This document shows, one piece after another, positions 8,300 through 17,058 of a stretch of 64,000 bases of DNA (positions are counted from its first letter, which is position 1; each line of letters opens with the position of its first letter). This DNA is from Patescibacteria group bacterium. GTDB taxonomy: Bacteria; Patescibacteriota; Patescibacteriia; Patescibacteriales; UBA12465. The notes under the pieces were generated by a model, which saw only the letters and a program-made list of their open reading frames with translations, did not search any database and had not been told where the DNA came from. The DNA is taken from the NCBI GenBank assembly GCA_041664445.1, contig JBAYKT010000004.1, positions 9,976 through 73,975 of the forward strand, written 5' to 3'. The position numbers and the translations under genes are program-made.

Positions 8300-9475
8300 A
8301 TGTGGGAAAATATGCCTTTGGCCACTTATTTTCGTCCGCAAAAGCTGGCGGAATTTATTGGCCAAGAAAAAATCATTGGGGCTAATACTTGGCTTTATCA
8401 AGCGATTAAAGAAGACCGAGTGCCTTCGCTTATCTTTTGGGGACCGCCTGGAAGCGGCAAAACGACCCTGGCTTTTATTATTGCCAAAGAAACTAAGGCG
8501 GAATTTGTGGAGTTCAGTGCTACGGAAAGCGGGATTAAAGATTTAAAGATTGTCGTTGATCGCGCTAAGAGCAGTCGGCGTTTGGGACAAAAAACTTTTT
8601 TATTTATTGATGAAATCCATCGTTGGAATAAAGCCCAGCAAGATGCGCTTTTACCACAGGTGGAAAACGGGACGATTACGCTTATTGGCGCCACGACTGA
8701 AAATCCCAGCTTTGCTGTTAACGGCGCGCTCCTATCGCGCGTTAAGCTTGTAGTTTTGGAAGCTTTAGAACCCGTTAGTTTGGAAAAAATAATTAAATTG
8801 GCCGCTAAACGTTTAAATATTAAATTAGCTAAAGATATTGCCGGACTGATTGCTCAAATGGCTAACGGTGATGCCCGTAAGGCGCTCGGTATTTTAGAAA
8901 GCGCCTATAAGCATGAAGGAGAAATTACTGCTCAATTAGTTAAAGATATTATTAATAAGCCGGGTTTACTTTATGATAAAAAAGGCGAGGAACATTATAA
9001 TTTGATTTCCGCGCTTCACAAATCAATGCGCGGACATAATGCTGATGCTGCCATTTATTATTTGGCGCGCATGCTGGAAGCCGGTGAAGACCCGCTTTAT
9101 GTAGCGCGACGCTTAATCAGATTTGCTTCGGAAGATATCGGTTTAGCCAATAACAGCGCCTTAATGTTAGCGACCGCCGCTTATGAGGCTTGCCATAAAA
9201 TTGGCTTGCCGGAATGTGCGGTTAATCTGGCCCATTGTGTCGCCTATTTAGCCAAGTCTCCGAAAAGCATCGCTGTCTATGAAGCTTATTTATCCGCCCA
9301 GGCCGAAGTTCAAAAAAGCGGTAATTTGCCGGTGCCGCTTTATCTACGTAATGCACCGACTAAGCTAATGAAAGAATTAGACTACGGTAAAAATTATAAA
9401 TATACTCCGCATCAAGACGATTCCAATCAAGAATATCTGCCGGAAAAAATTAAAGGTAAAAAATTTCTTCCTTAA
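8300..9475 (+). CDS. rarA: Replication-associated recombination protein A (MgsA/RarA AAA+ ATPase)
   Basis: FRPQKLAEFIGQE, Walker A GPPGSGKTTLA, Walker B FLFIDEIHRWNK, C-terminal MgsA domain (HYNLISALHKSMRG..DAAIYYLARML..GEDP). An alternative start is ATG 8312. Confidence 0.9.
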   Translation: MWENMPLATYFRPQKLAEFIGQEKIIGANTWLYQAIKEDRVPSLIFWGPPGSGKTTLAFIIAKETKAEFVEFSATESGIKDLKIVVDRAKSSRRLGQKTFLFIDEIHRWNKAQQDALLPQVENGTITLIGATTENPSFAVNGALLSRVKLVVLEALEPVSLEKIIKLAAKRLNIKLAKDIAGLIAQMANGDARKALGILESAYKHEGEITAQLVKDIINKPGLLYDKKGEEHYNLISALHKSMRGHNADAAIYYLARMLEAGEDPLYVARRLIRFASEDIGLANNSALMLATAAYEACHKIGLPECAVNLAHCVAYLAKSPKSIAVYEAYLSAQAEVQKSGNLPVPLYLRNAPTKLMKELDYGKNYKYTPHQDDSNQEYLPEKIKGKKFLP

Positions 9476-10152
9476 TCCATTTTTTTCAGCGCTAATTTAT
9501 AGCCGCGTCCGGAAAAAGTATGGATAATATTGCGCTCACCGCCTCGGTTTAATTTTCGTCTCAGGCTGGCAATATGTGTTTCAATTGAATTAGAAAAGGG
9601 GTCAGCATTATAATTCCAGACATTTTCTAAAATTTCCCCGCGGGAAACAATTTCGTTTTTACGACGCAAAAGATATTCTAATAGTCCATGTTCGCGCCTG
9701 GTTAGGTAAAGTTCTTTGCCGGCACGTCTAAAACAGCCAATCTTAGAATCCAGCATTAGATTCCCCAGTCTGTTTATCGGTTTTTCAATATATCCCGGTC
9801 TTCGCAAAAGCGCCTCAATCCGCATGATTAGCTCCTCTAATAGAAAGGGCTTGCTGAGATAATCGTCTGCTCCTAAATTAAAAGCATTTTTTTTATCACT
9901 TAGCTCCGCTTTGACGGTCAGCATTATCACCGGTAAATATTTTTTTTCTTGACGGATTTCTTTTAAAACTTCTAGGCCTGACATTTTTGGCAGGGAATTA
10001 TCCAAGATAATCAAATCGTAATTTCCGGTACGGGCCATAAAAGCGCCGCGTTCGCCGTCACTAGCGTCTTCGACCAAGAAAGATTTGGCGCTAAGACTCT
10101 TTTTTAAGAATTGTACAATCCCCGGGTTGTCTTCAATAATTAAGATTTTCAT
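9472..10152 (-). CDS. OmpR-family response regulator (receiver + winged-helix)
   Basis: MKILIIEDN...DLIILDNSLPKMSG...DDYLSKPF receiver domain. C-terminal LTRREHGLLEYLL...HIASLRRKL...RGYKL DNA-binding domain. Confidence 0.9.
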   Translation of the reverse strand: MKILIIEDNPGIVQFLKKSLSAKSFLVEDASDGERGAFMARTGNYDLIILDNSLPKMSGLEVLKEIRQEKKYLPVIMLTVKAELSDKKNAFNLGADDYLSKPFLLEELIMRIEALLRRPGYIEKPINRLGNLMLDSKIGCFRRAGKELYLTRREHGLLEYLLRRKNEIVSRGEILENVWNYNADPFSNSIETHIASLRRKLNRGGERNIIHTFSGRGYKLALKKMD

Positions 10153-10284
10153 ATTTTTATTTTTTAATATTAATTAATTATAACAAAGCGCCGTTAAACC
10201 AAACTTAATTTTTTTATATTTTCCAGATAAAATCATTTTGCTTAAGTATTTGCTTAAAAAACAAGAAAATAGTATCATAAATTT

Positions 10285-11571
10285 ATGGCTAAAATTTTAT
10301 CAAAACAAGAACCTAAGGGAACTCTGGATTGGACTCCGGAAGAATTTGCGATTCGCAAATATATTTTTGATTGTTGGCGTCGAGTTTGTTTACGCTACGG
10401 TTTTGAGGAATATTTAACGCCGATTGTCGAAAGCGCGGAAATATATCGCGCTAAATCTGGAGAAGATGTTGGTGGCAAAGAATTAGTCACCTTTTCCGAT
10501 TTAGGCGGGCGGGAGTTGTCAATTCGTCCGGAAATGACACCCTCGGTGGTACGCATGGTTTCTAAAGTTTATACCGCCAGTCCAAAGCCGCTAAAATATT
10601 TTTCGATTGCCAATTTCATGCGTAATGAAAAACCGCAACGCGGCCGCAATCGAGAATTTTGGCAATTAAATTGCGATATTTTTGGCAGCGCGAAGGCGAG
10701 CGCTGATATTGAAATTTTAACTTTGGCTTTAGATTTGGTTTTAGAATTCAAGCCGCCAAAAAATTCTTTTTCTCTACATTTAAACAGCCGCCAGTTACTC
10801 GATGGCGTTTTAGATTTAGCGGGCGCTTCTAAATTAAAATCTGAAGCTAAAGCGGAAGTGGTTCGGACTTTGGATAAATGGCAAAAATTGTCGGCCTCAG
10901 CCATCCAGGAGCGTTTGCTGGCGGCGGGCTTAAAAGAAGAAGCGATTGCAATTTTAAAAAAGTTTATGTCCGTTCGTGATTTATTGGAATTAGCCAAAGA
11001 ATTGCCGGAACTTAAAAATAATCTTGGTTTTGCGCAAATCCAGGAAGCGATGTCGGCTTTATCCGATTTAGGCTACAGCGCTTTAGTAGAATTTGATCCC
11101 GCAGTTATTCGCGGCTTCGATTATTATGATGGCTTGGTGTTTGAAGTTTTTGATAAGCACCCTGATAATAACCGAGCGATGTTTGGTGGCGGCCGTTATA
11201 ATGGTTTAGCCGAGATTTTTGGTGAGAAAAATTTTCCGGCGATTGGTTTTGCCCCCGGAGATGAAACGGCTCGTTTGTTTTTGGAAAGCTGGGGCATGCT
11301 TAAGGGCAAACAGTTTGATGCTCAGGAAAAATATTATTTTCCCCTTTTAAATCATGATTTATATTTAGAGTCGCAGCAGCTTATTCAAAAATTACGCGCT
11401 GCCGGCAGAAATGTTTTTGCTGGCCTTGAAGAGCAAAAAATCAGCAAGGCTCTAGAATTTGCCAATAAAAAAGGTTTTGCTAAAGTAGTAATTTTTGGCG
11501 AAGATGAGCACAAGAAGCATAAATATAAAATTAAGGATATGAAAACCGGAAAAGAAGAGGTCGTGTCTTGA
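10285..11571 (+). CDS. hisS: Histidine--tRNA ligase
   Basis: Class II motifs: GTLDWTPEE, LSIRPEMTPSVVRM, YFSIANFMRNEKPQRGRNREFWQ, RGFDYYDGLVFEVF, GGGRYNGL, plus a C-terminal anticodon-binding domain. Confidence 0.9.
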   Translation: MAKILSKQEPKGTLDWTPEEFAIRKYIFDCWRRVCLRYGFEEYLTPIVESAEIYRAKSGEDVGGKELVTFSDLGGRELSIRPEMTPSVVRMVSKVYTASPKPLKYFSIANFMRNEKPQRGRNREFWQLNCDIFGSAKASADIEILTLALDLVLEFKPPKNSFSLHLNSRQLLDGVLDLAGASKLKSEAKAEVVRTLDKWQKLSASAIQERLLAAGLKEEAIAILKKFMSVRDLLELAKELPELKNNLGFAQIQEAMSALSDLGYSALVEFDPAVIRGFDYYDGLVFEVFDKHPDNNRAMFGGGRYNGLAEIFGEKNFPAIGFAPGDETARLFLESWGMLKGKQFDAQEKYYFPLLNHDLYLESQQLIQKLRAAGRNVFAGLEEQKISKALEFANKKGFAKVVIFGEDEHKKHKYKIKDMKTGKEEVVS

Positions 11572-11612
11572 CATAAAATGATTATCAATGTATTATAGAG
11601 ACAAGTTTGTCA

Positions 11613-11646
11613 GAAAAGCGCGACTAACGGTCGCGTTTTCTGTTTG
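11613..11646 (+). terminator. Terminator after hisS
   Basis: 10-bp stem AAAGCGCGAC / GTCGCGTTTT with a 5-nt loop, followed by CTGTTTG. Confidence 0.55.
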
Positions 11647-11686
11647 AAAAATCACGGTTAATATTGCTTAAAAAGCATCTAAAATT

Positions 11687-13471
11687 ATGGATATTAGAAA
11701 TATCGCCATTATTGCTCACGTTGATCATGGCAAAACAACTTTAACTGATTCGCTCTTGCGTCAAACCGGGATGGTGACTGATAACAGCACCATGGACAGC
11801 AACTCTATCGAGCAGGAACGAGGAATCACTATTTACGCGAAAAACGCCAGTCTTTTTTATAAGGATTCTAAGATAAATATTGTTGATACTCCGGGGCATG
11901 CCGATTTCAGTTCCGAAGTGGAGCGGGTTTTGCGTTCCATTGACTCAGTACTACTGGTAGTTGACGCGCAAGAGGGTCCGATGCCGCAAACTAAATTCGT
12001 TTTAAAAAAATCTTTAGAGCTCGGCCTAAAGCCAATTGTCGTAATTAATAAAGTCGATAAGCCAGCGGCGCGTCCGACGGAGGTAGCCGAAATGGTTTAT
12101 GAGTTGTTTTTGGATTTAGGCGCTAATGATGAGCAGCTTAATTTTCCGGTAGTTTATACTATTAGTAAGGGCGGCTTGGCCGGACTTAAGGCTGATGAAT
12201 TGGTTGATAATCTTAATCCGCTTTTAGATACTATTTTAGAGCATGTCATTCCAGCTTCTAGTGCCGAAGCTTTAGCTGAACCCTTACTCGCTCAGCCTTT
12301 TAATTTGGCCTATGATAATTTTTTAGGCCGTTGTGCCATCGCCAGAATTTATCAGGGGAAAATTCAGAGCGGCCAGCAAGTAGTGGTTAAGAATTTAGAT
12401 AATAAAGATCGAGCCGGAAAGATTACCAAGCTTTTTACCTTCAAAGGTTTGGCCAGACAAGAATCTGCGGAAGCTTCCGTAGGCGATATTGTTTTAATCG
12501 CCGGCTTGTCGGACATTTATATTGGTGAAACTATTTGTGCGGCTGCCAGTCAAGAACCGTTACCCGCAATTAATATTGATGAACCGACCATTTGTCTCAG
12601 TTTTTTGGTTAATAACTCGCCACTGGCCGGACGTGAAGGTAAGTTTGTCACTAATCGCCAAATTAAAGAACGCCTAGAAAAAGAATTGGAAGTTAACGTC
12701 GGTTTAAAAATTGATTTTTCCGATATGAATTCCTATAAGGTTTATGGTCGCGGCGAACTTCACATTGCTGTTTTGCTGGAAAATATGCGTCGAGAAGGCT
12801 TTGAGCTCCAAGTTTCCCAACCGCAAGTAATTATTAAGGAAGAAGATGGTGTTAAAATGGAGCCTTATGAAGAGGCGAGTATTGATATTCCCGAGAGTTC
12901 TTCTGGAGTAATTATTGAAAAGATGTCTAAGCGTAAAGGCCAATTAACTGATATGAAAACTCATAATGGCCAAACTAGAATTATTTTTGCCATTCCGACT
13001 CGCGGCTTGCTTGGTTATCGTGAAGAGTTTGTGGTTGATACACGCGGCGAAGGAATTTTATGTACTCATTTTTTAGGATTTAGAGCTTGGGCCGGAGAAA
13101 TTGAACGTAGCTCCCGAGGATCAATGGTCTCCATGGTTACCGGTAAAACACTGGCCTATTCTTTGTGGAATTTACAAGAACGCGGAGTTTTATATATTCA
13201 GCCAAATACGGAGGTTTATGAAGGTATGGTCATTGGCAATGTCGCCAAAGGAAATGATATGGCCGTTAATCCAATTAAGGGTAAAAAATTAACCAATGTC
13301 CGCGCTTCTGGAACTGATGAGGCAATTACTTTAACTCCTCCTTGGGAATTAAGCTTGGAACGCGGATTAAGTATTATTAATGATGATGAATATTTGGAAG
13401 TCACCCCTAAAAGCATCCGCATGCGCAAGCAATTCTTGACGGAAGTCGAACGGTCGCGCGCCAAAAGATAA
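11687..13471 (+). CDS. typA: Translational GTPase TypA/BipA
   Basis: [31 protein letters not shown]-motifs. 594-aa length and domain order are typical of BipA. Confidence 0.95.
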   Translation: MDIRNIAIIAHVDHGKTTLTDSLLRQTGMVTDNSTMDSNSIEQERGITIYAKNASLFYKDSKINIVDTPGHADFSSEVERVLRSIDSVLLVVDAQEGPMPQTKFVLKKSLELGLKPIVVINKVDKPAARPTEVAEMVYELFLDLGANDEQLNFPVVYTISKGGLAGLKADELVDNLNPLLDTILEHVIPASSAEALAEPLLAQPFNLAYDNFLGRCAIARIYQGKIQSGQQVVVKNLDNKDRAGKITKLFTFKGLARQESAEASVGDIVLIAGLSDIYIGETICAAASQEPLPAINIDEPTICLSFLVNNSPLAGREGKFVTNRQIKERLEKELEVNVGLKIDFSDMNSYKVYGRGELHIAVLLENMRREGFELQVSQPQVIIKEEDGVKMEPYEEASIDIPESSSGVIIEKMSKRKGQLTDMKTHNGQTRIIFAIPTRGLLGYREEFVVDTRGEGILCTHFLGFRAWAGEIERSSRGSMVSMVTGKTLAYSLWNLQERGVLYIQPNTEVYEGMVIGNVAKGNDMAVNPIKGKKLTNVRASGTDEAITLTPPWELSLERGLSIINDDEYLEVTPKSIRMRKQFLTEVERSRAKR

Positions 13472-13491
13472 TTATCAGTAAGCTAAAAAAT

Positions 13492-13523
13492 AAAAACACC
13501 GAGATTTCGGTGTTTTTTGTTTT
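13492..13523. terminator. Bidirectional terminator between convergent typA and rnhB
   Basis: AAAAACACCGA-gatt-TCGGTGTTTTT, with an A-run on one side and a T-run on the other. Confidence 0.7.
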
Positions 13524-13536
13524 ATTAAATTAAGAA

Positions 13537-14157
13537 TTACAGAATATCTTTTATCGGCGCAAAACTGCGGCGATGAATAGGGCAGGGGCCGTATTTAGCA
13601 ATCATGGCTAAATGTTCTTTAGTACCGTAGCCTTTATGTTTGGCAAATAAATATTCCGGATATTCCTTGTCAGCTTCAGTCATTATCCAGTCGCGGCTGA
13701 CTTTGGCGATAATAGAAGCGGCGGCAATTGCCCAAACCTGAGCATCGCCTTTAATAATTGCAGTTTGCGGTTTTGTCAGTTTAGGTATTTTAAAACCGCC
13801 GTCTAGCAAGATATAGTCTGGTTCAATCTTTAGTTTTTTAATCGCCCGGCGCATAGCCAAGAAACTGGCTTGTAAAATATTTATTTTATCAATATCTTCA
13901 TGGCTGACAACCCCAATTTCGACAGCCAACACTTTTTCTCGAATCGCTTTAAAAATAAGTTCGCGTTTTTTGGCGGAAAGTTTTTTGGAATCGGCAACTA
14001 GTTCTAAATCCCCCGGTTCTATTTTGAAATCTGGACCAATAACCACGCAGGCCGCTACTACCGGGCCGGCCAGGGGGCCGCGGCCGGCCTCATCCACACC
14101 GCCAATTAGCTGGTAGCCAAGTTTAAAAAATTTATTTTCTGTTTCTAAGTTTAACAT
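13537..14157 (-). CDS. rnhB: Ribonuclease HII
   Basis: GVDEAGRGPLAGPVVAA, DSKKLS and the GYGT..H C-terminal motifs. Confidence 0.9.
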   Translation of the reverse strand: MLNLETENKFFKLGYQLIGGVDEAGRGPLAGPVVAACVVIGPDFKIEPGDLELVADSKKLSAKKRELIFKAIREKVLAVEIGVVSHEDIDKINILQASFLAMRRAIKKLKIEPDYILLDGGFKIPKLTKPQTAIIKGDAQVWAIAAASIIAKVSRDWIMTEADKEYPEYLFAKHKGYGTKEHLAMIAKYGPCPIHRRSFAPIKDIL

Positions 14158-14196
14158 AAAGAAATTATAACATATACTTGGTATTTTTGCTCATAT

Positions 14197-14266
14197 TTGA
14201 CAAAAAAGCCATTTATATTTATAAGTCGTCTTTACTATTGACATATATTTTTCTTTGTAGTATACT
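14197..14266 (+). promoter_or_regulatory. Two tandem sigma70-type promoters (TTGACA-17-TATAAG and TTGACA-17-TATACT)
   Basis: TTGACA 14197-14202 with TATAAG 14220-14225. TTGACA 14238-14243 with TATACT 14261-14266. Both spacers are exactly 17 nt. Confidence 0.6.
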
Positions 14267-14271
14267 ATCCG

Positions 14272-14465
14272 CAGTGCTTTGTTCATAAGAATGCCAGACG
14301 CCATAGCCTTTCGGGATAAGAAAAGACAAAAAATATGCTTGAAACAAGGCTTCCTGGGTGGGCACACAGACTCATTTGGAACTCAGGTTCCGCGTCGCCG
14401 TTTAAGGTAGGGATGAGCCCTTACTAAGAACTTAAGGGTAGGAGATTAAACTTCTGCCCTTTTTT
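14272..14465 (+). promoter_or_regulatory. Candidate structured leader/attenuator RNA (or independent small RNA)
   Basis: Runs from about 7 nt after the -10 box to a strong intrinsic terminator. Contains hairpin GGAAC-tcag-GTTCC (14378-14391), direct repeat TTAAGGTAGGGA / TTAAGGGTAGGA, mutually exclusive helices CCCTTA(14418-23):TAAGGG(14433-38) versus the terminator, and a 39-codon ORF (14291-14410). Confidence 0.45.
14436..14465 (+). terminator. Intrinsic terminator closing the 14272.. transcript
   Basis: 9-bp stem GGGTAGGAG / CTTCTGCCC (two G-U pairs), loop ATTAAA, then TTTTTT (14460-14465). Confidence 0.7.
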
Positions 14466-14544
14466 ATTGGTCTTGTTTTTTTTCAATTTTCGTGTTAAAG
14501 ATAAAATAGTTCTCAAACAATATTTCTAACTAAAACTTTTAGTC

Positions 14545-15003
14545 ATGGCCGAGAAGCAAGAATGTTCTTATGTGTTCCAGAGCGGGGTATATAAAAATTT
14601 TTCTGTGGAGCAAGTTTTTTTGAAAGACCCAATCCATATCGCCCGACTTTATCAGCGGTCTTTTAAGAATAAGACGGCGATAAAAACTCCTAATCAGCTG
14701 CAACTGGCAGTAGAAAATCTCTTAGAAAAAATTCGGGGAATTGATGTAACCAAGGATTGTCCTTATTGTAAGGCTGCTAAAGTTATGAATTTTTTGCTGC
14801 CGGATTTTGGCACTGTTAATGGCGGTCTATTATGCTGTGATGACTCTGTTTGTCGGGAAGAGCTGAAGTCGGCTCGTAGCGGCGAATTGCATGCCATTAG
14901 CGATTTTATGCTAATGGTCAGCTACATGCGCCGTCCGCAAGCACAAAAAATTGTGGGAATCTTCAAATCAACCCACAAAAACTATCAGGAAGCCTTTGCC
15001 TAA
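14545..15003 (+). CDS. Hypothetical Cys-rich protein (possible zinc ribbon)
   Basis: 152-aa ORF with CPYC ... CCDDSVC cysteine clusters. The N-terminal YVFQSGVYKNFSVEQVFLKDPIHIARLY only loosely recalls DUF3820-type boxes. Followed by its own terminator. Confidence 0.6.
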   Translation: MAEKQECSYVFQSGVYKNFSVEQVFLKDPIHIARLYQRSFKNKTAIKTPNQLQLAVENLLEKIRGIDVTKDCPYCKAAKVMNFLLPDFGTVNGGLLCCDDSVCREELKSARSGELHAISDFMLMVSYMRRPQAQKIVGIFKSTHKNYQEAFA

Positions 15004-15032
15004 TACCTCCTAGGCAACTCCGTCTTCCATCT

Positions 15033-15064
15033 GTCCGCGTTTCCAAAGAATGCGGACTTTTTTT
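15033..15064 (+). terminator. Terminator after 14545..15003
   Basis: GTCCGC - 13-nt loop - GCGGAC followed by TTTTTTT. Confidence 0.65.
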
Positions 15065-15119
15065 GCCTAATGTGTTAAAATTATAAAAGAGAATTAACAA
15101 TTTTGATATTTTTATTAAT

Positions 15120-15647
15120 ATGAAAAAAGAACAATTTTTATTAATTATTGTGGCTATAATTTTAGTTTCCGCTATTGTTTTAAGAGCGGTTCAATTATTT
15201 GATAAGCAAAAAATTGAAGACGAAAACTTAACACCGATTGCTGTTTCCGAGCAAGCGCCTCTTGTTAGTACTACCACAGACAAGACTAATGAGGTTGATA
15301 TTAATATTGCGGAGCCGGTAGCTACCAGCACTGTGCCCGTCGTCTCTATTTTCCAGCCTTTAGCGGCCGCAGTAATTAGTTCTCCCTTAGAAGTTCTTGG
15401 CCAGGCTCCGGGAAATTGGTTTTTTGAAGCCACCTTGCCAGTTAAACTGCTTGCAGCTGATGGCGAAATAATCGTGGCTCATTACGCTGAGGCGCAGAGT
15501 GATTGGATGACCGAAGATTTAGTACCCTTTAAAGCTACTTTAGGATTTACCACCACCGCGACTAGCGGTTATTTAATTATTTCTAAAGACAATCCTTCGG
15601 GGTTGCCGGAAAATGACGCCTCTTTCCAAATCCCGGTTAATTTTTAA
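15120..15647 (+). CDS. Membrane-anchored secreted protein with Gmad2-like immunoglobulin domain
   Basis: N-terminal anchor LLIIVAIILVSAIVL. C-terminal SPLEVLGQAPGNWFFEATLPVKLLAADGEIIV...GYLIISKDNPSG fits the Gmad2 pattern as I remember it. Confidence 0.7.
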   Translation: MKKEQFLLIIVAIILVSAIVLRAVQLFDKQKIEDENLTPIAVSEQAPLVSTTTDKTNEVDINIAEPVATSTVPVVSIFQPLAAAVISSPLEVLGQAPGNWFFEATLPVKLLAADGEIIVAHYAEAQSDWMTEDLVPFKATLGFTTTATSGYLIISKDNPSGLPENDASFQIPVNF

Positions 15648-15650
15648 AAT

Positions 15651-17057
15651 ATGCCAAAAATTTATTTATACAATACTTTAACGCGTCAGAAAGAAATTTT
15701 TAAACCACTAAAAAAAGGAGTTGCTGGTCTTTATACCTGCGGCCCGACTGTTTATAATTTTGCCCATATTGGGAATTTACGCACCTATTTATTTGAGGAT
15801 TTTTTAAAAAGAACCCTGGAATATAATGATTATCGAGTTAAGCATATAATGAACGTGACCGATGTCGGACATTTAACTGGCGATATGGACATGGGCGAAG
15901 ATAAAATGGAAGCAGGTGCCAAGCGAGAAGGTAAGACTGCTTGGGAGATTGCTGATTTTTATGAAGCTGCTTTTAAAAAAGATTTGTCTGTTTTAAATAT
16001 TGCCAGCCCCAGCCAGTATTGCCGAGTGACTGATAATATTCCGGAGCAGATTGCTTTAATAAGTAAGTTAGAAAAAAAAGGCTTTACTTATCAAACTAGC
16101 GATGGCCTTTATTTTGATACCGCTAAGATTAAAAATTATAATAAGTTGAGCCATCTACCGCTCGCGACCTTAAAAGAGGGCGCGCGGGTTGAAAAAAATC
16201 CTGAGAAGAAAAATCCGACTGATTTTGCGCTCTGGAAATTTTCGCCTGCCGGTGCTAAGCGTCAGATGGAATGGAAATCTCCCTGGGGAATAGGTTTCCC
16301 TGGTTGGCATATTGAATGTTCGGCCATTAGCTTGAAGTATTTAAGTAAAAATTTAGATATTCATTGCGGCGGTGCCGATCATATCAATATTCATCATACT
16401 AACGAAATTGCGCAATCTGAAGCGGCAACCGGGAAGAAATTTTTTAATTATTGGCTACACGGCGCGTTCTTGAATATTCATGGTGGTAAAAAAATGGCTA
16501 AGAGCGCTGATAATTTTTTGACCGTTAATAATGCCCTAACCAGGAAAGATTTAAATCCTCTAGCTTATCGTTTTGCCGCTTGCCAAGTCCATTATCGCAA
16601 ACCGATGGAATATAGCGAAGCCGGCCTAAAACAGGCCCAGCAGGGCTTGCAGAAATTATGGGAGCAAGTCGCTTTATTAGGCCCTAAGACCGGAAAAATT
16701 AATGCCGATTTTAAATCTAAATTTTTAGAAGCGATTAATAATGATTTAAATTTACCGAAAGCCTTAGCTGTTTTGGCGGCCGTCCTGAAAGCGAAGCTTA
16801 AACCTGAAGATAAGTTGGCGACTATTTTGGATTTTGATAAAGTTTTAGGTCTAGATTTACAGAAAAAGAGATTAGAGCTTCAAACCGTCAATAAAGCTGA
16901 AGAATATCCGGCAGTCATTGTCCAAAAAGCTGGCTTGCGCGATGAAGCGCGCCGTCAAAAAGATTGGGCGCAGGCCGATAAGTTGCGCCAGGAAATTGAA
17001 AATGCTGGTTATTTAATTGAAGACGCGGTCACCGGCTCGGTACTCAAGAAGAAATAA
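15651..17057 (+). CDS. cysS: Cysteine--tRNA ligase
   Basis: Class I HIGN (FAHIGNLR) and KMSKS-type (KMAKS) motifs. GWHIECS zinc/cysteine-binding region. Confidence 0.95.
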   Translation: MPKIYLYNTLTRQKEIFKPLKKGVAGLYTCGPTVYNFAHIGNLRTYLFEDFLKRTLEYNDYRVKHIMNVTDVGHLTGDMDMGEDKMEAGAKREGKTAWEIADFYEAAFKKDLSVLNIASPSQYCRVTDNIPEQIALISKLEKKGFTYQTSDGLYFDTAKIKNYNKLSHLPLATLKEGARVEKNPEKKNPTDFALWKFSPAGAKRQMEWKSPWGIGFPGWHIECSAISLKYLSKNLDIHCGGADHINIHHTNEIAQSEAATGKKFFNYWLHGAFLNIHGGKKMAKSADNFLTVNNALTRKDLNPLAYRFAACQVHYRKPMEYSEAGLKQAQQGLQKLWEQVALLGPKTGKINADFKSKFLEAINNDLNLPKALAVLAAVLKAKLKPEDKLATILDFDKVLGLDLQKKRLELQTVNKAEEYPAVIVQKAGLRDEARRQKDWAQADKLRQEIENAGYLIEDAVTGSVLKKK

Positions 17058-17058
17058 A

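Noticed and set aside
10569-10997. Long antisense ORFs in the track (e.g. 10569..10997, 28110..28490, 36746..37120, 53519..53890, 62194..62640, 4471..4797 and many 60-100 aa ones)
   Set aside because: Each lies entirely inside, and antisense or out of frame to, a gene with strong family motifs (hisS, guaB, pyk, gap, ATPase and others). Their translations are low-complexity or Ser/Leu/Lys/Ile-rich with no motifs. These are typical shadow ORFs.
14272-14465. Assigning the 14272..14465 RNA to a known class (6S, SRP/4.5S, guanidine-I/ykkC, preQ1, TPP, ZTP)
   Set aside because: There are partial look-alikes: AGGTTCCGCG versus the ykkC GGGUUCCG box, GGGATGAGCCC versus GGGA..A.CCC, and some 5'/3' end complementarity as in 6S. 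The other obligatory boxes are absent (GGUCCGAGAG for ykkC, the GNRA-capped domain IV AGCA/GGAA for SRP, CUGAGA for TPP). I therefore leave it unclassified, and an Infernal/Rfam scan should decide.
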